Shown: positions 12,796-26,773, counted from the first letter of the stretch. The stretch is 64,000 bases of DNA from Hemiscyllium ocellatum (GCF_020745735.1 NC_083435.1:38837090-38901089), one strand, 5' to 3'. Made by a program: numbers and translations. The notes: generated from the sequence alone by a model not told the origin.

Positions 12796-13855
12796 ATGAA
12801 AGTGTTTAGTGTAGTGGGTTCACTTGTAATAATAACATGAACCCCAGGTCCTAATTGAGTTGGGAAACACTTCAGCGGCCAGGGGCATTCAGCCTCGGAT
12901 CATCGAGTGACCGTCATCCAAGGTGGGCTTTGGGATAAGCAACAATGCAGGGTGGTTGAGCAGAGGCTGATAGCCAAGTTCGATATCCATGAGAATGGCC
13001 TCAACCGGGACCTGGGGTTCATGTCACACTACAGGTGACCCACTACACTATACACTCTCACACGTACACTCACACACAAGCACACATACACATATATTCT
13101 TACATTCTCTCAGACTCACGCAGACCCTCTCTCATACACACGCTCTCATTCACACACACATATACTCAGAACTTTCACACTTATGCACACACCCTCTCAC
13201 AGGCTTATACTCTGTCAAACTCATGCACACACTCTACCAAAGATGCACATATGCACAGAGATGCACACGCATACTCACTCTCTCCTCCCCCCTTCCCCAA
13301 CACACACACACACTTTCTCTCTCTCTATCTCTCTTCCCCCTCACATGCACGCACACACAGACAGAAAAGTCTATGGGGTGAATTTGCATTTGTTTGCAAA
13401 TACATTCTATTTTGCTCAAAAAGCACACAATCTGCAGGCAGTCAATCCATGTGACATTTTATAAATTCCTACTTTGGAAATAGAAGCAGTCTGACTCAAG
13501 ATTAGAATACAGGCAGACTGTAATCTCATATCTTTAATGCGTTGTCTGATCTGAGATGTCACTTTTCTTTATAAATCATCAACTTATCCCGGGAATGGGA
13601 CTTAAAAGAAGTTCTAAGATTTACATATGAATGAATCAAAACCTGCAACCCATTTTAAAAGATGAAGGACTTAACAGCAACCTAGGTTTGTTCAATATAT
13701 TGCATCAATTGCATGGTACTATGATCTTTGCTATTAATTCTGTGTCTTATGATCCTGCCCCACTAGCTACCTGATGAAGGAGCAGTGCTCTGAAAGCTAA
13801 TACTTCCAAATAGACCTGTTCGACTATAACCTGGTGTTCTGTGATTTTTTTCACT
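12796..13855 (+). mobile_element. Penelope-like element 3' fragment (GIY-YIG C-terminus + pLTR with CA-rich tract and hammerhead core)
   Basis: VGKHFSGQGHSASDHRVTVIQGG...EQRLIAKFDIHENGLNRDLGFMSHYR*. 12796-12850 is an inverted copy of 13009-13062. CTGATGA..GAAA core at 13771-13795. Confidence 0.8.
13040..13365 (+). repeat. CA/CT-rich low-complexity tract of the Penelope pLTR
   Basis: Direct reading; it is the source of the His/Thr-rich spurious ORFs. Confidence 0.85.
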
Positions 13856-16800
13856 CAGAAAAGATGGCTTTTTTTAATCTTTTGAAACCATAACTCCATT
13901 ACATCATGAAATCCATAGCTCATTAATCTAGAGTCACACATTTTGTGCTAATTCTATTAAATATAACATTTAACAAAACCATTTCTATCTTACATAAACA
14001 TTTTTAGTTTAAACTCGCAATAAAGCATTTACAATAATATGTTCATGACCAGCAACATGTACAATTTGTAAGTTAAATGCTTGTAACACAAGACTCCAAC
14101 AAAATTATCTGCTGTTCTTCTAAATCTTTTCAGAAATGTCAAAGCATTGTGATTGGTATACACGATTATCTCTGATGATTTGTTTGCAATGTGAACATTA
14201 AAATGTTGTAAGGCCATTACCAAACTCAATAAGTTTTTTTTTCAACTTTTGAATATATTTTTCTGTTGAACATTGACTTTCTTTTAAAAATAACTGATTG
14301 GTCTTTCAATTCCTTAATCATCTTCCTGTAACAACAAATCTCCAACACTTACATTGCTGTGTCAATGGCAACTTTTAATAGATTCAAAAATTTGGAATGG
14401 CTAAAACTGGTGCAGTGGTTAACACTGCTTTTAAATTCTCAAATGCCTCCTGGCATTGTTTTGTCCACCAAGAGTTCATTTTCTTTTTTAACAAATCAGT
14501 CAATGATACCACCATGCTACTACAGTTTGGTGCAAATCTGCTACAGAATGCACTCAATCCTAAAAATCTTAGCACTTCCTTCTTCAATTATAGTCTTAGA
14601 AATTCCTCAATGGCCTTTATCTTCACATTCCTCGATGTCATCCATATATTCCAATGATGTCTGATCCGAATGTCACTTCCACTTTCGCAAATGCTCCACA
14701 CGATTGTTCCACGAATGGCGAAAGATCACTAAGTCACCTATGTAGATAGCACAAATAGTCAATCCTCCCGTAACTCTGTTCGTAAGCATTTGAAACGTGG
14801 CTGGTGTATCTTTCATTCCAACGGACATTACTTTAAATTGATATAGCTCATTTAGGGTTACAAAAGCAGAAGCTTCTTTTGCTCTCTCTGACAAAGGTAC
14901 TTTCCAGTAACTGCGAAGTAAGTTCAACTTTGTGATGTAAATGGCTTGTTCCACATTTTGCACACAATTCTCAAGTGTTGAATTGAGTATGAGTCAGGTT
15001 TAGTCACAATGTTGACCTTCTGATAATCTATGCAGAATCATTAAGTACCATCGGATTTGGAAACCAACACGATCGGCAAACTACACTCACTTTGACTTAT
15101 CTCTACGATGTCTTCTTGGACCATCACTTCTACTTCTCAAACTGTGCTTCTTTAAGAGGATTGAGCCTGTGTTGTTTTATCAGAACAGCATGTCCTATAT
15201 TAACCTTATGTACTAAGACATTAGTCCTCCCCATTCTATTTCCACATGGGTCCTCATAGCACTGTCTTTCAATTCAGTTGTCTGTTCCTGGGACAGATAG
15301 CTCACTATACTATCTCATTCCTTCAGATAATAGCATTCTGGAATTCCGGGTAAAGCCCATATCTGCGGAATCATTTTCCTTGCATTTAGTTATCTGTGGC
15401 TCGAACACATAACAAAGAAAACTAGGGACCAGGAGCTGCCAGGAAGCTAAACTTCCTATTTAAATGAATGGGTTCACTCCTGTCCACGGTTTCAGTCTCT
15501 TGTACTAGGTCCTGGAATTTATATCCCTATGAGTACAGGGGAACTACTGTACACACTGATTTCTTTTCCAAGTAGGCTTGATAATATAAATACTTTATTA
15601 TCTCATTTTTTTGTTGTAACTCCATTAATCTTTCTGAACTAAACACCTCTGCCTGATCCTCGACCTACTTAGGTATTTCCTTTACCATGGTAACAAACAG
15701 AGTGTCTGGACCTCAATTCCTTCATCTTTCTCTTTTGTTTTCCCTTCTTATTTTAAGTTACGGCTGTAGCATCTTGTCACCACACAGTCTGGAAAAATGC
15801 CAAGGCATTTAACTTTTCAGTCCTTAGTTCCCTAGTTTTCTTTTGGCTTTTCCACTACAATGGGCATCACTCCCACTGTGATCCAGCTATCCCGTTTCCA
15901 AGAATAAACTGTATTCCTTGAACAGCCAATTTTCCATCACTCCCACTTATCACTTTCACAATCTTGATTGGACTTTCTAGCCTTATCTTACAGGGGAACA
16001 CCACTCCTCTCTCCATTTATTCCACATATTACCACTCTCTCGGACAATATTTCCAAAGGAGTGCAAATGTTTTCATCTTTTTACAGACTCTTGAACCTCT
16101 CAATATTTTAACTTCTTTATCTACTCCCCTGCTCCACCTGAGTATACCTTATCCACACAGGTGAAGGCTTTCAAAAGTTCGGGGGACCATCTTACTATCC
16201 AGCCCATGATTAGGCTATGCACTCTCCTGCAGACCTTCAACTTGTCTTGGGATTACCTTCACTACTTTAACTAACACCACTGGTCTAGCCTCTTTTACTG
16301 CACTTTTTATCCCTGTGCCTTTCTTAAAGCACCAGCACTGTGGCTTTGTGTGTTGTGCTCTGTTGCAGTAAAAACACGAGGCCTTTCACCTCCATTTCAC
16401 CCTCTTGGGTTTCTTTTTTTACATGTGGTAAACTGTTCTCAGTGTGATCTACTTTTTGTTTATCATTGAAGGGTCTTCCTCTTTCCCAATTTCAATACTC
16501 ATGGAATGAAACGGTTGTTGGAAGCTAGATTTTGATTATGCACTAATGCGTATTCATCTGCCATCTCTGCAGCTCTTCTCACTGTTTTGGCTTTCTGTTC
16601 CTCAACGTGAGTTTGTATCACTTCCAGGAGTATAAATTCCTTCAGCAGAATAATATCTCTAAAAGCCTCATATGTCTTTTCTATCTATAGTGCTCTCACC
16701 CATCTATTGAAGTTGCTCTGTTTAAACTTTTCAAACTTAATATAAGTCTGACCTGGTTCCTTGCTTATATTTCTGAGTTATTATCTATATGCTTCTGGTA

Positions 16801-17735
16801 CCAATCCATAGGTATTCAAAATAGCCTGTTTTACTTCTTCATAATCTCTTGACGCCTCATCTGTTAACACCTCACTAGTCCAAACCCAAAATGTAGACTC
16901 TCCTGCTCCTCTGATGCTAACTAACCTGCTGCACCTTTTCCAGCACCACACTTTATTAACTCTGACTTTTCAGCATCTGCAATCCTCACCATCTCCACTT
17001 CACTAGCTGAGCCTACCAACTTGGTCTGAATTATTACCTGCAGTCTCTGACCAGTCCATCTGTACAGCCAATTTCTCGAAGTAAATAAAAAAGGCTTCTA
17101 CATCTTTTTCATTGAATTTTGGTAATGGTTGGGCATATTTGTAACTATATCTCCAACAGGCAATTGACTATGATGAGTTTTCTCATCATCATTTCTATCT
17201 TGTTGTACTTTTACTTCTGTCATTTTTGCTTCAAGTTCCAAGTTCATCCTTTCCACTTAAACATTCTTTCCCTTTCTTTATATTCTGCCATGGCTATCCT
17301 TTCTTTTTCCCCTAATTCCAGCCTTTTAAGTTCACTTTCTAACTCAGCTTAGTTCATTTGCAACTTATTTTTTGCTAACTCCACTGCAGTTGACTGCCTC
17401 TCTGGTATACATGAATGCTTGGCTAACTCCAATACAATTTCAGCTTTCTTATCATCCCTAGTTAAACACAATTTTAGCCTGTTTGGTAATTCTAAAGGAG
17501 TCACTTTTTTTCTGTCTTCCTAAACTTTCTTGGCAAATTCAGGGAGCATCTTCGACCCCCAGAACCTCTTTAGCAACCTTATGAGCCATTTCCCCACTTC
17601 TGATTTAACTAACAACATGCAACTGAAATTAAACAGATTTTCCACTTCTGGCGTAAGTATTATTTGAAGATCGAGAACACTAGTACCCAAGTCCACTTAA
17701 TCGGCTAGGATCTTTTGTTCCCTAAATCTGTCCAA

Positions 17736-17754
17736 ATCTCAGACTAGCCCCACA
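17736..17754 (-). other. Degenerate primer-binding site, tRNA-Pro type
   Basis: The - strand reads TGTGGGGCTAGTCTGAGAT versus the tRNA-Pro PBS TGGGGGCTCGTCCGGGAT, immediately inside the 5' LTR. Confidence 0.6.
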
Positions 17755-17759
17755 GTCTA

Positions 17760-18850
17760 TTACAAAAATTGACCCCCCTCTCTGAGAACTAAAACCAAAA
17801 TATCCAAAGAGGAACACTTCACCCTATAATCTGTAAAAGAAGTGACAAAAGTGGTGTAAACTGCTTTTTAGAAACATCTAGTGGTTAAATAAATTAAATT
17901 CCTGGCACTCACTTTAAAATAAACAAGTAACAGTTTATTTATCCAATGTAGAATCATACAGATGTTCAGCCGTTTGGTCCAACTCATCCATGCCGACCAA
18001 ATATCCCAAACCCAATGTAGTCCCACCTACCAGCACCTGGCCCAGATCCCTTCAAACCCTTCCTATTCATATACCCACCCAGATGCCTTTTAAATATTTC
18101 AATTGTACCAGCCTCCCCCACTTCCTCTGGCAGCTCATTCCATACATGTACCACCCTCTGCGTGAAAATGTTGCCTCTTAGGTCTCTTTTATATCTTTCC
18201 CCTCTCACCCTAAACCTATGCCCTCTAGTTCTGGACTCCCTGACCCCAGGGAACAGACTTTATCTATTTATCCTATCCATGCCCCTCATGATTTTCTAAA
18301 CCTCAATAACGTCACCCCTAGCCTCTGATGCTCCATGGAAAACAGCCCTAGCCTATTCAACCTCTTCCTGTAGCTCAAATCCTCAAACACTGGTAACATC
18401 CTTGTAAATCTTTCCTGAACCCTTTCAAGTTTCACAACATTGTTCCGATAGGAAGGAGATCAGAATTGTATGCGATATTCCAACAGTTGCCTAACCAATG
18501 TCCCGTACAGCTGCAACATGACCTTCCAACTACTATACTCTATATTCTGACTAATAAAGGAAACCATACCAAATGCCTTCTTCACTATACTATGTACCTG
18601 CGATTCCACTTTCAAGGAGCTAAGAATCCAAGGACTCTTTGTTCAGCAACACTCCTGAGGATCTTACCATTAAGTGTATAGGTCCTGCTAAGATTGCTTT
18701 CCCAAATATACCACCTCGTATTTATCTAAATTAAACTCCATCTGACACTTCTCAGCCCATTGGCCCAATAACTAAACAATTAGCAAACAGAATAAATCCC
18801 TTCTAACTACTAACTATTCCCAAATAAAGCAAGATTTTAATGGTATGCTG
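17760..18850 (-). repeat. 5' LTR segment of the gypsy element, split by a CR1 insertion (17947-18766)
   Basis: Homology to 12523-12795 stops at 17946 and resumes at about 18767. Confidence 0.72.
17947..18766 (-). mobile_element. CR1 3' fragment inserted in the gypsy LTR
   Basis: FTQRVVHVWNELP ORF-end motif and CR1 tail. Confidence 0.85.
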
Positions 18851-21131
18851 TTCTAATAAAAACAAGTCCCACTTATCTAAAAAAAAGTCCCTTGAAATTA
18901 CAGCCAAATTACAGATCTTCTGGAATGTCTTATGCCATCTTTGTTGATTCTTTGTTCAGGAATACCTTCTCCGTCAAATCTTCTGTCAGGAATATTAACT
19001 AGTTGTGCCATTGGTACTGTTTTTATTGAGATGGCACTTTCTCTAAGACATAGATGAGGTGCAAAAGCCAGCAATTCTCTCGTGAGCTGAGGCTGTTAGC
19101 TGTTGCAGATAGCAGTCAGCGTTGCTGCCTTTGTCCAACTGCCCCCTTCTTTTATATCCTTGATGACATATCAATATTTCTTACAATAACATTGTTGTCA
19201 AAACCATCCAACTTAAATTTAATATCTAAGTATCTGGTTCAAACCAATTGGCTAAATTCAAAATCCTATTGTATTGGTTAAATAAAAACTGCTGTTTGAC
19301 CTGCCAACTATATGGGCTTTTGATATAAATATTTTAATCTGGGTCCTCTCTGTATACTTACAAACTTTCAAGCTACTGCTCACAGACATCCATTTTAAAT
19401 CTCTAAGCACAGGAAAAGCACATGGTCTTTTAAAGGGACCACACAGTGTTTCCCCCTCTGAGCGTTTTACAAACATCAAATTCTAACTTCCTGGTTCCAA
19501 AGTACTCTACCCAACATTACAACAATTCATACTGGATGAATGAGCAAAATGGTGGCAAATGGAGTTCAATGTAGTGCTCATTTTAAAACTAAAACGGATA
19601 GATCACTGTACTTTTTTGATGGTATGAAGTTAAATATAATAGATTTTCCCAGACTTGGGAGTTCAGGTGTATAGATCATTAAAATGTCACAACAAGTACA
19701 GATAATAATCAATAAAGCTGATGGAATGCTGGCCATAATATGTATAGGGGCATAAGAATCTGTGAGGACTGTGACACAAGGAATACGCTGATAATCAAAT
19801 TCCATGACTCCATCCTTACTATAAATGTTTTGATCCAGTCATTGAAATGGTCATCTTTAATGGACCCAAAATAATCAATTTTTTAGGAACAAAACATATT
19901 CTTAAAGAAAATGGCAAACAATAATTCACACATAAGCTATGATCTGAAAGAGAATGCATCTCTTGCTTTAATCCAAGAGATAACCAAAATCATATAATAC
20001 AAAAAGAGATGTAGAGATAGTGGGATGTCGGGATGTCTTCTTTACTGACTCCTGTATTTGTAGAACAGTCCAGAAAGTCCAACAGAGGCCTCTAGTCCTC
20101 TGAAAACCAAAGTTTCCAGTGATTGAGGCAATAAACTCTATCTCTTTGAAAGCCCTGTCTGGCTACTTTTCCAAAGTCACTTGATTGCCAATAAACAGCA
20201 GAAAAAAAAATAAAGCACACATTAAATCTCTTGGTGAAATCTCTTTCAATCAACAAAATCCTCCAGTTTTCTTTCTTCAATAGTTCTTACACGTAAATAA
20301 GTATTCTTGAGAGCTCCGACAGATAATTATCTCAACTTACTATTACATTTAAACATTACATTCATCAGGCACAAGTGTTTGAGCAAATATTAGGCTACTA
20401 GATTACAATAAATGTGGCTGTTTATAATACAGTATCATGCTTCAAGTGATCTGAGGTAAAATGGATTATGAGATCTTTATACCTCAGGACACATGTCACA
20501 CAAAAGTGGTGATGGCATGAAAGTATCCCCTAAAGGTATACTGACACAATGGCTATCATTGAGTCATAGAGTTTTTACAATATGGAAACAGACCCTTCAG
20601 GCCAGCATGTTCATACACGTCAAAATCCATTTATTCTAAAGCCTCTTTCCAGCACTTGGCCCATAACCAGTATTCTGTGGCAATTCAAGTGTTCATCTAC
20701 ATAATGATTAAACATCTTGAGGGTCTTTACTACTCTTTCGATATAAATTCCAGATATCCATCACCCTTTGGGTGAAGAACGTTTTCCTCAAATCCCCTCT
20801 AAAGCTCCTGCCTCTTTAAACTGTGTCCCCTGGTTATTGGCTATTCTACTAAGGGGAAATGTGGCCCCTTAACAACTCTGTCTATGCCCCCTCAGAATTT
20901 TGTACATCACAGTCTTCTTGCTCTAATGAACTTAACTCTAGAATATATAGCTTCTCTTCATAGCGGAATACTGTGGCCCAGGCAAAATCCTGGTGAATAT
21001 CTTTTTCAAGGTATCAATTTTTTAGATGATTTGTAGCTCAGGTTGATGATAAGTATGCGAGGTATAACACAACAGAACGTAAATACGTTGGAAACAGTTC
21101 ACAGGACTTTTACAAGTCTAAACTTTGGATT

Positions 21132-21460
21132 ATAGAATCCCCACAGTGTGGAAACAGGCCATTCAGCCCAACAAGTTCATACTAACAGTTTGAAGGGCGT
21201 CTCCCTACCCTATCACTGTAGCCCTATATTTCCCATGGCTAATACACCCAACCTATACATCCCTAAACAGTATAGATAATTTAGCATGGCCAATCAATGT
21301 AAATTACACATTTTTGGACTGTGGCAGCACCAGGTGGAAACCCACGCAGACATGGGGACAATGTATAAACGCCACACCGACAATTGCCTGAGGCTGGAAT
21401 CAAACCCATGTCCCTGGTGCTGTGAGGCAGCAGGGCTAACTACTGAGCCACCGTGCTGTC
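21132..21460 (-). mobile_element. HE1/V-SINE-like SINE, near full length
   Basis: tRNA-like head (A/B-box-like), V core and tail on the - strand. Confidence 0.8.
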
Positions 21461-22148
21461 TTGAACTTCGGGGTAAAGTTTGGACAAACTAATCTTCTGT
21501 CCACTGAATTTAGAAGAGTAAGAGGTGACTGAGGGAGTAGAAGGAGGCCCTTTGAGACTGCGCCACCAATCAATATGATCAAAACTGGACCTTTATCTCA
21601 CTGTCATATTCCTGCTTTCTCGCTAAACCCTTTGATTCATTTAATATACATAAAAAAAACTTCTTGAACATACTCAGTGACCTTGCCTCCACAGTCTTTG
21701 GCAGTAGAGAATTTCATAGGTTAACTAGAACCTGAATGAAGAAATATTTCCTAACCTCAGTTCTAAATGGTCTACTCCAAATCCTGAGATTATGCCCCTT
21801 GGATCTAGACTCCCCTCGTCAGGATAAAACAGAGACCTTGCATCTGGTCTACCAAGCCTGAGAATTTCATGCATTTCAATCAGATCCCCTATCAAGATTC
21901 CAAACTCAGTGAATACAGGTCCAGTTGAGCCAATCTTTTCTCATATAACCGTCCTGCTTTCATTAGTATCAGCCTAGTGTGCCCTCGTTTCACTCCCATT
22001 ATGGCAAGTATACCCTCTCTTAGATACCAAAACTGTAAATAATATTCTCTGTACAGTCTCATTAAAGCCGTATATAACTGGAATAAGACAGTCCTGCTTC
22101 TGAAGTTAAATCATCTTACAATAAATAAAGACCAAAAACTCTTTGCCT

Positions 22149-23741
22149 TATTCTGGGTAATCCAAGATGGAGGACGGGAAAAATTTTTGGCTGTAAGAGC
22201 TGCTCCTTTTTTTGAGGTATTTTACATGTTGGAGGTGATTTCCTTGAATTCCAGGAGCAGCAATTACTGTTTTCTCTGCTGTTGCATTGTTTTGGAACTT
22301 TGGAAAAAAAAGTCAAAACAACAGCAGTTTTAAAAGGGAGAAGAGCAGACAAAGGAAGCACATGGTGAGGACAGTGTAGGAGAGAGAGAGGGAGGGAGAG
22401 AACTTGCACAGTTACTGCCTTTGCTGTTTGAATTCGTGTATCACTGGTCATCGGAGTGCATCTGGGAAAATTAACAAACCGTGATATTCACAACTAATCT
22501 TGGAGGAATGGTTGGGTGAAGTTCACAGCACAGAATCAGATAAGTTAATTGTTTTAAGCCTGTTCAAGAGAAAGGCTGCAGTAGTGAGTATAGTGGATTC
22601 TTTCTTGATTATATGTTTTTGGAGATAAGTCTCTTGATTAAACTTAAAATGTAAGCCATAGCAATTAATTTAACCTGGGGGAGTGTTTGTAGAGGAATAA
22701 GATGGTGTTATTTTCTGGGTCTGTAGATTGTGAAGGAGCAAAATTGGCCTTTGCAGTGATATGTACTTCTTGTCAGATGTGAGACTTTAAAGAGAGTTTA
22801 AGGGTTACTGCAGATTATATCTGCCATAAATGCTGTTGGATGCGAATCTTATCAGACCAAGTGGATCGGTTGGAGAGACAGATAGAAGCTATGAGAAATT
22901 TGCAACAGCAACAGTATGTGATGGATGGCAGATATAGGAAGGGGGTACGTCTCAGATACAGTCACAGAGATGGGTTAACAAAGTTTGTGAGAAGATTTGT
23001 AGCTCAGGTGCTCATTGTGTGGTTCTGTTCACCAAGCTGGGAATTTGTGTTGCAGAAATGGGTTAACTCCAGGAAGGGTAAGAGAGGTAGGCACCTAGGG
23101 CAGGAGTCTTTTGTGGATACACCCATCTCAAACAGGTAAGCTGTTTTGAAAAATGTAGGGAGTGATAGATTCTCAGGGGAACATAGCACGAACAGCCAAG
23201 TTTCTGGTATTGAGACTGGCTCTAATGCAACGAAGAGTGTGTCGGCTTCCAAGAGATCAATTGTGTTAGGGGATTCTCTAGTCTGAGGTAGAGACAGACG
23301 TTTCTGTGTCCAGCAGAGAAAAGGCAGAATGTTGCATTGTTTCCCAAGTGCCAGGATGAAGGATATCTCAGAGAGGGTGCAGAATGTTCTCATGGAGAAG
23401 AGGGGCCAGCATGAGGTCATTGTCCACATTGGAACTAATGGCATAGGAAGGGAAAAGGTTGAGATTCTGAAGGGAGATTACAGAGAGTTAGGCAGAAATT
23501 TAAAAAGGAGGTCCTCAAGGGTAGTATTATCTGGATTACTCCCAGTGCTACAAGCTCGTGAGGGCAGGATAGAGCAGATCAATGCATGGCTGAGGAGCTG
23601 GTGTATGGGAGAAGGATCATTGGAATCTCTTTTGGGGTAAAGTGAACTGTGCAAGAAGGACGGATTGCACCTAAATTAGAAGGGGTCTAATATACTGGCA
23701 GGGAAATTTGCTAGAACTGCTTGGAAGGATTTAAACTAATC

Positions 23742-23784
<43 letters not shown>

Positions 23785-26773
23785 GATGGGGATGGGGATG
23801 GGGTGGGGAACCCAGGAAGATAGTGAGGAAAGTGATCAATCTGAGACTGGTACAGTTGGGAACAGAAGCGAGTCAAACAGTCAGGGCAGGCAGGGATAAG
23901 GTAGGACTAATAAATTAAACTGCATTTATTTCAATGCAAAGGGCCTAACAGGGAAGGCAGATGAACTCAGGGCATGGTTAGGAACATGGGACTTGAATAT
24001 CATTGCAATTACAGAAACATGGCTCAGGGATGGGCAGGAGTGGCAGCTTAATGTTCCAGGATACAAATGCTACAGGAAGGATAGAAAAGGAGGCAAGAGA
24101 GGAAGGGGAGTGGCATTTTTGATCAGGGATAGCATTACAGCTGTGCTGAGGGAAGATATTCCCAGAAATACATCCAGGGAAGTTATTTGGGTGGAACTGA
24201 GAAATAAGAAAGGGATGATGACCTTATTGGGATTGTATTATAGACTCCCACAACAGTCAGAGGGAAATTGAGAAACAAACTTGCAAGGAGATCTCAGCTA
24301 TCTATAAGAAAAATAGGGTGGTTATGGTAGGGGATTTTAACTTTCCAAACATAGACTAAGACTGCCATAGTGTTAAAGGTTTAAATGGAGAGGAATTTCT
24401 TAAGTGTGTACAAGACATTTTTCTGATTCAGTGTGTGGATGTACCTACTAGAGAAGGTGCAAAACCTGACCTACTCTTGGAAAATAAGGCAGGGCAGGTG
24501 ACTGAGGTGTCAGTGGGGGAGCACTTTGGGGCCAGCGACCATAATTCTATTTGTTTTAAAATAGTGATGGGAAAGAGATAGACCAGATCTGAAAGTTGAA
24601 GTTCTAAATTGGAGAAAGACCAATTTTGACGGTATTAGGCAAGAACTTTCGAAAGCTGATTAGAGGCAGATGTTCGTAGGTAAAGGGACGGCTGGAAAAT
24701 GGGAAGCCTTCAGAAATGAGATAACAAGAATCCAGAGAAAGTATATTCCTGTCAGGGTGAAAGGGAAGGCTGGTAGGTATAGGGAATGCTGGATGACTAA
24801 AGAAATTGAGGGTTTGGTTAAGAAAAAGCAGGAAGCATATATCAGGTATAGACATATCGAGTGAATCCTTAGAAGAGTATAAAGAAAGTAGGAGTATACT
24901 TAAGAGGGAAATCAGGACGGCAAAACGGGGACATGAGATAGCTTTGGCAAATAGAATTAAGGAGAATCCAAAGGGGTTTTACAAATATATTAAGAACAAA
25001 AAGGTAACTAGGGAGAGAATAGGGTCCTTCAAAGATCAGCAAGGCGGCCTTTGTGTGGAGCCACAGAAAATGGGGGAGATACTAAATGAATATTTGCATC
25101 AGTATTTACTGTGGAAAAGGATATGGAAGATATAGACTGTATGGAAATAGATGGTGACATCTTGACAAATGTCCAGATTATAGAGGAGGAAGTGCAGGAT
25201 ATCTTAAAACGGTTAAAAGTGGATAAATCCCCAGGACCTGATCAGGTGTACCCGAGAACTCTGTGGGAAGCTAGAGAAGTGATTGCTGGGCCTCTTGCTG
25301 AGATATTTGTATCATCGATAGTCACAGGTGAGGTGCCGGAAGACTGGAAGTTGGCAAATGTGGTGCCACTGTTTAAGAAAGGCAGTAAAGACAAGCCAGG
25401 GAAGTATAGACCAGTGAGTCTATCCCTTGTGGTGGGCAAGTTGTTGGAGGGAATCCTGAGGGACAGGATGTACGTGTATTTGGAAAGGCAAGGACTGATT
25501 CGGGATAGTCAACATGGCTTTGTGCGTGGGAAATCATGTCTCACAAATTTGAGTTTTTTTAAGAAGTAATAAAGAAGATTGATGAGGGCAGAGCAGTAGA
25601 TGTGATTTATATGGACTTCAGTAAGGCATTCAACAAGGGAGACTGATTAACAAGGTTAGATCGCATGGAATACAGGGAGAACTAACCATTTGGATACAGA
25701 ACTGGCTCAAAGGTAGAAGACAGAGGGTAGTGGTGTAGGGTTGTTTTTCAGACTGGAGGCCTGTGACCAGTGGAGTGCCACAAGGATCGGTGCTGGGTCC
25801 TCTACCTTTTGACATTTATATAAATGATTTGGATGCGAGCATAAGAGGTACAGTTAGTAAGTTTGCAGATGACACCAAAATTGGAGGTGTCATGGACAGC
25901 GAAGAGGGTTACCTCAGATTACAACAGGATCTGGACCAGATGGGCCAATGGGCTGAGAAGTAGCAGATGGAGTCTAATTCAGATAAATTCAAGGTGCCGC
26001 ATTTTGGGAAAGCAAATCTTAGCAGGACTTATACACTGAATGATAAGGTCCTAGGAAGTGTTGCTGAACAAAGAGACCTTGGAGTGCAGGTTCATAGCTC
26101 CTTAAAAGTGGAGTCGCAGACAGATAGGATAGTGAAGAAGGCGTTTGGTATGCTTTCCTTTATTGGTCAGAGTATTGAGTACAGGAGTTGGGAGGTTATG
26201 TTGCGGCTGTACAGGACATTGGTTAGGCCACTGTTGGAATATTGCACGCAATTCTGGTCTCCTTCCTATCGGAAAGATGTTGTGAAACTTGAAAGGGTTC
26301 AGAAAAGATTTACAAGGATGTTGCCAAGGTTGGAGGATCTACAATGAGAGGCTGAACAGGCTGGGGCTGTTTTCCCTGGAGCGTCGGAGGCTGACGGGTG
26401 ACCTTATAGAGGTTTATAAAATTATGAGGGGCATGGATAGGATAAATAGACAAAGTCTCTTCCCTGGGGTTGGGGAGTCCAGAACTAGAGGGCATAGGTT
26501 TAGGGTGAGAGGGGAAAGATATAAGAGACCTAAGGGGCAACCTTTTCACGCAGAGGGTAGTACGTGTATGGAATGAGCTGCCAGAGGATGTGGTGGAGGC
26601 TGGTACAATTGCAACATTTAAGAGGCATTTGGATGGGTATATGAATAGGAAGGGTTTGGAGGGACATGGGCTGGATGCTGGCAGGTGGGACTAGATTGGG
26701 TCGGGATATCTGGTCGACATGGACGGGTTGGACCGAAGGGTCTGTTTCCATGCTCTACATCTCTATGTCTCTA
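22149..26773 (+). mobile_element. Full-length CR1 LINE (5' UTR, ORF1 zinc finger/esterase, ORF2 APE-RT), inactivated
   Basis: 5' UTR shared with the copy at 62716. ORF1 CxxC pairs, VLGDSLV and HIGTN esterase motifs; ORF2 pieces 23993-26576 with stops and frameshifts. Candidate TSD TTTGCCT at 22142-22148 and 26774-26780. Confidence 0.9.
23744..23808 (+). repeat. (GT)n microsatellite followed by (GGGGAT)n G-rich tract between CR1 ORF1 and ORF2
   Basis: Direct reading; the G-tract fits a G-quadruplex pattern. Confidence 0.9.

Larger units (their letters stand above)
12523..18850 (-). mobile_element. Decayed Ty3/gypsy LTR retrotransposon (gag-CCHC, protease, RT, RNase H; integrase not found), Gmr1-like order
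   Basis: Minus-strand remnants: CFYCNRAQHTKPQC knuckle (~16330-16380), protease-like KILR../FILGNGIAG (~15880-16110), RT (14673-15130) and RNase H (14000-14590) ending pol. Direct repeats at both ends; degenerate tRNA-Pro PBS. Outer LTR limits are approximate. Confidence 0.8.

Noticed and set aside
12989-13464. His/Thr-rich ORFs
   Set aside because: Translations of the CA-rich pLTR tract.
20092-20280. Possible exon of another gene in the unique-looking 19000-20700 region
   Set aside because: No convincing splice-flanked frame or recognisable protein motif.
21400-21460. tRNA genes (also 35095-35170 and 61790-61860)
   Set aside because: These are tRNA-derived SINE heads attached to SINE cores and tails, with no full cloverleaf.
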